Below are positions 58,631 to 64,000 of a DNA stretch of 64,000 nucleotides, piece after piece. The notes under the pieces are model-generated. The model searched no databases and was not told the DNA's origin. It worked only from the letters and a program-made list of their open reading frames with translations. Source of the DNA: Desulfomonilia bacterium (GTDB taxonomy: Bacteria; Desulfobacterota; Desulfomonilia; UBA1062); contig JBEKDT010000001.1 in NCBI GenBank assembly GCA_050014195.1, forward strand, positions 1-64,000. The letters run 5' to 3'. Positions within the stretch are counted from its first letter, which is position 1. Each line of letters starts with the position of its first letter. The position numbers and the translations under genes are program-made.

Positions 58631-58987
58631 TCACGCGAGCCATACCAACGCCATCGCCACTGCACCGGGAAGTGCTTGAACCCAGAGTATCTTGCGATCG
58701 GCAGTGGCGGCCCCAAAGATCCCGGCAACAATGACGCAACCAAGAAAGAAGATCTTGATCGGGTTTCCTGCAATGCCGAGACTCAGGCCCCAGACAAGCC
58801 CTGCTGCGAGAAAGCCGTTGTACAAACCCTGATTTGCGGCAAGTGCTTTTGAAGCAGCTGCGAATTCCGGATTCAGACCGAAGATTCGACGACCCAATGG
58901 TTTGTCCCAGAAGAACATCTCAAGGGCAAGGAAATAGAGGTGCAGAACAGCCACCAGCGCTACAACGATATTCGCGATTGTTGTCAT
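58631..58987 (-). CDS. DUF1304 membrane protein
   Basis: LEMF, LAANQGLYNGFLA, QALP. Confidence 0.85.
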   Translation of the reverse strand: MTTIANIVVALVAVLHLYFLALEMFFWDKPLGRRIFGLNPEFAAASKALAANQGLYNGFLAAGLVWGLSLGIAGNPIKIFFLGCVIVAGIFGAATADRKILWVQALPGAVAMALVWLA

Positions 58988-59184
58988 ATACGGCTCCGTC
59001 TTTTGATCACCAACGATCACCCTTATTTTTAAAATTGCCGATTATCCGGATATCATCCGGGCATGCTCACCTCGACAATAGCCGGTTATCCACTGTAGAG
59101 TAAGCGTTGCTGTTCCCTTGTCAAGGCCGGGAGGAAAGAAAGGGTTTAAGGAAATTCCGGCATTGAAGCTATGCCGACAGGGTT

Positions 59185-60321
59185 CTACAGCAGTGCCAGG
59201 CTGTCGGCAACTGCCATGCCGGAACGGGTGGGGCGGATACGGCCGCATCCGATCTCGATGAGACCTGTCCTGCTCAGCTCCTTCAGCACAGGGCCCTTTT
59301 CCTCCATGAGGTCATAGCCATATCGGCTCTGGTACTGAACAAGGTCGATCCCCTTCCTTGTCCTCAGCCCGAGAAACAAGGCCTCTAATCGCAGCTGTTC
59401 GCCGGTGAGCTCTTCCGAAGCTCCTACAGGCAGTAAAGAACCCTCGAGGTTGGAAATGTAGTCATGCAGGGATTCATGGTTCCACCAGCGCCGCTGCCTA
59501 TTGAAAGAATGGGCCGAGGGCCCGAGGCCGAGGTAGGGTGTATGGTCCCAGTATTTTTGGTTGTGCCTTGATGCCTTGTCCATGCCTCGTGCGAAGTTGG
59601 AGATTTCATAGTGGATGTAACCCGATGCCTCCAGGAGCTCTGAGGTTCTCATGAAGAAATCACGCCGGGCGTCTTCCGTGCTGAGTCGGAATTCACCCTT
59701 TTCGCTTCTGAGACCCAGCGGTGTGTGGGGTTTGAGCTCCAGTTCATAGCAGGACAGATGGGCGGGCTCAAGACTTAAGCCCTTCATGAGGGACTCCTGC
59801 CATTGCTGAAACGTTTGGCCGGGCAGGCCGTAGATCAGGTCGATGCCGATGTTGTGGAAACCGGCATCGACAGCGTCTTGGATGGTACACATGGCCTGCT
59901 GAGAGTTGTGCCGGCGGCCCAGAAATATCAGTTCCTTCTCGTTAAATGACTGGACGCCGATAGAAATCCGGTTGATGCCTATATCCCGCGCCTTGTTCAG
60001 ATCGTTTTTCCCCCAGTCGGCCGGATTCACCTCAATAGTGATTTCCGCATCGAACGGAATAGTGAAGGCATGGCGGATCTTGTCCAGGAGGGCCTTAATC
60101 TGATCGAGGGACAGCAGGGACGGGGTTCCGCCGCCGATATAGACCGTATCGAATTCTCTGAATTCTTCCCTGTACTTGTCAATCTCCTTGAACAGGGCAT
60201 CGAGAAAGCCTGTGATAAGCCTTGTATCCGTGACGGAATAAAAATCACAATATCCGCACCTTCTCTTGCAGAACGGGATGTGGATGTACAGGCCGGGAAC
60301 GGATGTCTCTTCCTTATTCAT
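59185..60321 (-). CDS. hemW: Radical SAM heme chaperone HemW
   Basis: YIHIPFC...C.YCDF, GGGTPS, YEISN, HNQKYW; ATG overlaps the lepA stop. Confidence 0.9.
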   Translation of the reverse strand: MNKEETSVPGLYIHIPFCKRRCGYCDFYSVTDTRLITGFLDALFKEIDKYREEFREFDTVYIGGGTPSLLSLDQIKALLDKIRHAFTIPFDAEITIEVNPADWGKNDLNKARDIGINRISIGVQSFNEKELIFLGRRHNSQQAMCTIQDAVDAGFHNIGIDLIYGLPGQTFQQWQESLMKGLSLEPAHLSCYELELKPHTPLGLRSEKGEFRLSTEDARRDFFMRTSELLEASGYIHYEISNFARGMDKASRHNQKYWDHTPYLGLGPSAHSFNRQRRWWNHESLHDYISNLEGSLLPVGASEELTGEQLRLEALFLGLRTRKGIDLVQYQSRYGYDLMEEKGPVLKELSRTGLIEIGCGRIRPTRSGMAVADSLALL

Positions 60322-62117
60322 CAATCCGTGTCGGATTTCAATACCGCCAGGAAGGCGCTCTGGGGGATGCTGACGGAGCCGATCATCTTCATCCGCTTCT
60401 TCCCCTTCTTCTGCTTTTCCAGCAGTTTGCGCTTCCGCGTGATGTCCCCGCCGTAGCACTTTGCCGTAACATCCTTCCGGAAGGCCGAGATGGTCGAGCG
60501 GGAGATGATCTCTCCGCCGATGGCCCCCTGGATGGCTATCTTGTACATCTGCCGGGGTATCTCATCTTTCAGGCGGTCGCATGCCAGGACGCCCCTGGCG
60601 CGGGCGCGGTCCCGGTGGACGATCTGGGAAAGGGCGTCGACCTTCTCCCCATTGACCAGAATGTCTAAGAGCACGAGATTGCTGGCCCGGTAGTCGATGA
60701 GGTCATAATCGAACGAACCATAGCCCTGGGTCATGGATTTGAAGCGGTCATAAAAGTCAAAAATCACCTCGGCGAGCGGCATCTCGAACGTCAGCTCCGC
60801 GCGTCCGGGGCTTGTGTAGTGCAGGTTTGAGTTCACCCCCCTCTTTTCGATGCACAGGCTCATGGCCGAGCCGAGGTACTTATCCGGCATCATCATGGAC
60901 GCACGGATGTACGGTTCTTCGGATGCGGCAATCGTCATGGGGTTGGGGTAATGGGCGGGGTTGTCCACAGAGAGCACCGTCCCATCCTTCAGGGTGAACC
61001 GATAGCGGACGCTCGGCACGGATAGGATGATGGAGAGGTCATACTCCCTCTCAAGGCGCTCCTGGACGATGTCCAGGTGCAACAGGCCGAGGAAGCCGCA
61101 CCGGAAACCCTGCCCCAGTGCAGCGGAGGAGTCTTTCTCATAGACAAAGGCGGCATCGTTGAGCTTGTACTTTTCCACGGCCTCGGCCACGGCCTCGTAA
61201 TCATCCGAGGCAATGGGATAGATCGAGGCAAAAACAACGGGCTTCACCTCTTTGAACCCGGGCAGAGGTTTCTTGCAAGGCCTCTCATCCAGGGTGATCG
61301 TATCACCGATGCTCACACTGGAGACGGTCTTCACACCGGCAATGATGTAACTCACCTCACCTGCGCGAAGCTGCTCCCGCCTCTCCCGGGTCAGCCGGAA
61401 GTGCCCCACCTCTTCCACGCGGTAAACAGAATTATTAAACATGAACCGGATGGTATCGCCGGCCTTTACGCTCCCGTCAAAGACCCGGCAGAAGATGAGC
61501 GTTCCCCGGAAGGAGTCGTACTGTGCATCGAATATCAGGGCGGCTAGAGGCGCCCCGGGATCACCTTTGGGTTGCGGGATCCGCTGAACGATGGCCTCCA
61601 GGATTTCATCGATGCCGGTCCCCTCTTTTGCAGAGCATTTCAGGTGCGTGCCCGGGTCGAGCCCCAGCTCTGTCTCGATCTCCTCGATGACCCTCTCCAC
61701 ATCGGCAGAGGGCAGGTCGATCTTGTTGATGACAGGGATGATCACCAGGTCATGTTCGAGGGCGAGGTAGAGATTTGCCAGGGTCTGGGCCTGAACACCC
61801 TGCGCGGCATCGATGAGCAGCAGGACTCCTTCGCAGGATGCCAGCGACCGGGACACCTCATAAGAAAAATCCACATGCCCCGGGGTATCGATGAGGTTCA
61901 GGCTGTAGTTTTTTCCATCTCTTGCCTGATAGGGAAGCGAAATGGCCTGGCTCTTGATGGTAATCCCGCGCTCCCGCTCGATATCCATGGTGTCGAGCAT
62001 CTGGTCTTTATAGGTGCGTGCGTCACAGACCCCGGTCCTAAGGATCAGGCGGTCGGCAAGGGTCGATTTCCCATGGTCGATATGGGCAATGATGCTGAAA
62101 TTACGAATCTCATCCAT
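60321..62117 (-). CDS. lepA: Elongation factor 4
   Basis: AHIDHGKST, DTPGH, GFLGLLH, KCYGGD. Confidence 0.98.
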   Translation of the reverse strand: MDEIRNFSIIAHIDHGKSTLADRLILRTGVCDARTYKDQMLDTMDIERERGITIKSQAISLPYQARDGKNYSLNLIDTPGHVDFSYEVSRSLASCEGVLLLIDAAQGVQAQTLANLYLALEHDLVIIPVINKIDLPSADVERVIEEIETELGLDPGTHLKCSAKEGTGIDEILEAIVQRIPQPKGDPGAPLAALIFDAQYDSFRGTLIFCRVFDGSVKAGDTIRFMFNNSVYRVEEVGHFRLTRERREQLRAGEVSYIIAGVKTVSSVSIGDTITLDERPCKKPLPGFKEVKPVVFASIYPIASDDYEAVAEAVEKYKLNDAAFVYEKDSSAALGQGFRCGFLGLLHLDIVQERLEREYDLSIILSVPSVRYRFTLKDGTVLSVDNPAHYPNPMTIAASEEPYIRASMMMPDKYLGSAMSLCIEKRGVNSNLHYTSPGRAELTFEMPLAEVIFDFYDRFKSMTQGYGSFDYDLIDYRASNLVLLDILVNGEKVDALSQIVHRDRARARGVLACDRLKDEIPRQMYKIAIQGAIGGEIISRSTISAFRKDVTAKCYGGDITRKRKLLEKQKKGKKRMKMIGSVSIPQSAFLAVLKSDTD

Positions 62118-62188
62118 GTAAAGGTTCCGTGTTTGGTGTCGTAGTTGATGCCGTAGGGTTTGTCAATGGATGCTTCATCCTGATCATT

Positions 62189-62465
62189 CGTAGCCCCCAT
62201 ACCTTCCCTGTGTCGCGGCTAAAGCCGCTCCTACGATATAAATAATGAATCATCCTGTAGGAGCGCCTTCAGGAGCGACCCGATTACCCACGATCGTCCC
62301 ATCGTTACCCCCATACCTTACCCTCTGTCGCGGCTAAAGCCGCTCCTACGGTATAAATAAAGAACCATCCTGTAGGAGCGCCTTCAGGCGCGACCTGATT
62401 ACCCACGATCGTCCCATCGTAGCCCTCATACCTTACCCTCTGTCGCGGCTAAAGCCGCTCCTACA
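62189..62465. repeat. Tandem array of about 2.4 x 115-bp units carrying GTAG-type REP pairs
   Basis: TGTCGCGGCTAAAGCCGCTCCTAC at 62211, 62326 and 62441, alternating with TGTAGGAGCGCCTTCAGG(A/C)GCGAC. Confidence 0.92.
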
Positions 62466-62621
62466 GGTCATGATTCCTCTCAGATGCAAAATTGGAGGTT
62501 CGAGAAGACGGGGATCATGTTTTTCCCTTGTCTATCCCAACAGTCCAAAGCAGGAGACATTCATGAAAAAGGGGCCGCTTGTCCCCTACCACGATGCATA
62601 GGACTGTGTTAGATAACTTAC

Positions 62622-63425
62622 GTGATTGAAAAAAAAGTAAACAGGAGGGTTATGAGTTTCCACATCCCCACGAAGAGTAATTCCAGGCTGAAAAGGCTGC
62701 TCGAAAGGATCTATGAGAATGAAGAACTTATACAGCTGTGGAAATGCGCCAATGTGAACGCAGTCGATCGCAGCGGCATTAATGATCATGGCGAAGTCCA
62801 TATCCGTATTGTTGCCAATGCCGCGTTGAGGATACTTCGCCTCCTGGTGCATGGCGGTGTCACACCCAGTGTGGTGAAGAACTACGGTCTTGAGATGGAC
62901 GATGCCGAGGTGATCGTGGTACTTGCCGCATGTCTCCACGATCTCGGCATCTCTGTCCATCGTAACGACCATGAACACAACAGCCTCATCTTCGCATATC
63001 CGAAATGCCGGGAACTGCTTGCAGGTATTTATGAAGAGCCCAATCTGACCATTGTGACTTCAGAGATCATGCATGCCGTCATTGCACACAACGCCAAAGA
63101 AACCTGCCTGACCATAGAGGCCGGTGTCCTGAAGGTCGCCGACGCGCTGGACATGAAAGAGGGAAGGTCACGCATCCCGTTTGAATCCGGCAAGGTCAAC
63201 ATCCACTCCATCTCCGCCAAGGCCGTTGATGAGGTCGATATTGAGGCGGGCGACGATCGGCCGGTAAAGCTCGTGATAACCTTGGCTAACTCTGCAGGGA
63301 TCTTCCAGGTCGACGAACTCCTCCGCCATAAGCTCCAGAACTCCTCGATCGCCGACTATGTTGAAGTGACGGCCAGGATTGAGGGAGAGATGGAGCGCAG
63401 GATCATCGGGACCTATAAACTCTAG
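62622..63425 (+). CDS. HD-superfamily phosphohydrolase
   Basis: DHGEVH, LHDLG, AH, ADALD; start may be the ATG near 62652. Confidence 0.85.
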   Translation: MIEKKVNRRVMSFHIPTKSNSRLKRLLERIYENEELIQLWKCANVNAVDRSGINDHGEVHIRIVANAALRILRLLVHGGVTPSVVKNYGLEMDDAEVIVVLAACLHDLGISVHRNDHEHNSLIFAYPKCRELLAGIYEEPNLTIVTSEIMHAVIAHNAKETCLTIEAGVLKVADALDMKEGRSRIPFESGKVNIHSISAKAVDEVDIEAGDDRPVKLVITLANSAGIFQVDELLRHKLQNSSIADYVEVTARIEGEMERRIIGTYKL

Positions 63426-63572
63426 GACAACCGGGGTGACCTGAAGGAACGAGACAGATTATCCGATGAAGCTCCGCGCAGCACGCTTAAGGGGAATCAC
63501 CTGGTTGGATGTATCTCTTCTGGTCCCCATATTCAATGTATTACAGGAGATCCATATAAGCGATAAGCCTGT

Positions 63573-63980
63573 TCATGTCCTGTCTGCTTCTATCAAACCG
63601 AACTCCTGGAGATAGCCAAGCAATTTACTTTTATTGATGGGTTTGACCATATAGGCATCACAAAGTTCTTTGAACGATGTCAACACGTTCTCTTTGTCGC
63701 TCAGGGCTGTAGTCATTATGATTTTTACCCCGTTGCCGGGCAAAATACCTTCGGATTCTTCCATGCTACGGATTCCCTTAAGCACTACCTGGCCATCCAC
63801 ATCAGGCATTTTGATATCCAGACATATGAGGTCGTACCGGAGGCCTTCATGCCAGGCCAGCATGAAGGCCTCGATGGCTTCCTGGCCGTTTACTGCCATG
63901 TGATACTCACCATGGGGACTGAGGATCTCCTGAAGCACTACACGGCTGGTAAAATCATCATCAACAATGAGGATCTTCAT
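63573..63980 (-). CDS. Single-domain response regulator (CheY-like)
   Basis: ILIVDDD, LDIKMP..DG, MTT, VKP. Confidence 0.9.
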   Translation of the reverse strand: MKILIVDDDFTSRVVLQEILSPHGEYHMAVNGQEAIEAFMLAWHEGLRYDLICLDIKMPDVDGQVVLKGIRSMEESEGILPGNGVKIIMTTALSDKENVLTSFKELCDAYMVKPINKSKLLGYLQEFGLIEADRT

Positions 63981-64000
63981 CGCCGGCCCCCCCATCGAAA

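Noticed and set aside
59185-60321. HemN coproporphyrinogen dehydrogenase
   Set aside because: The HIPFC start and HNxxYW motif, and linkage to lepA, indicate HemW
62189-62465. CRISPR array
   Set aside because: The intervening segments are near-identical rather than unique spacers, the period is 115 bp, and no cas genes are present

Overview
Bacterial chromosomal DNA from an anaerobe. The gene content (sigma54 activators, Vor-type oxidoreductase, Tat-exported superoxide reductase, a Sec-type rhodanese) fits a deltaproteobacterium/Desulfobacterota, which is an inference. In order: (1) a ~9.25-kb acyl-CoA module (sigma54 activator, deleted crotonase, acyl-CoA dehydrogenase, hbd, abfD, thiolase, plus thiolase/hbd relics) bracketed by two ~98%-identical copies of a membrane-protein gene; (2) envelope genes, tatA, paaK, secG-tpiA-pgk, a four-subunit 2-oxoacid:ferredoxin oxidoreductase with an ACT gene, three hsp20 genes and clpB; (3) a second sigma54 activator with a small downstream target unit, yggS and a bacterial NrpR; (4) the best candidate for an undescribed system, a FadR-regulated operon with two different glycyl-radical enzymes, one activase and a tandem FMN split-barrel protein; (5) an AT-rich OLD-like ATPase-TOPRIM gene, a rhodanese that reads through a UGA followed by a SECIS-like hairpin, a Tat-SOR, menA/CPBP/thioesterase, split aconitase X, MepK/LdtD-like genes, hemW-lepA, and several REP-like repeat families. 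No rRNA, tRNA or CRISPR array was seen. All assignments come from motif recognition by eye; no searches were run.
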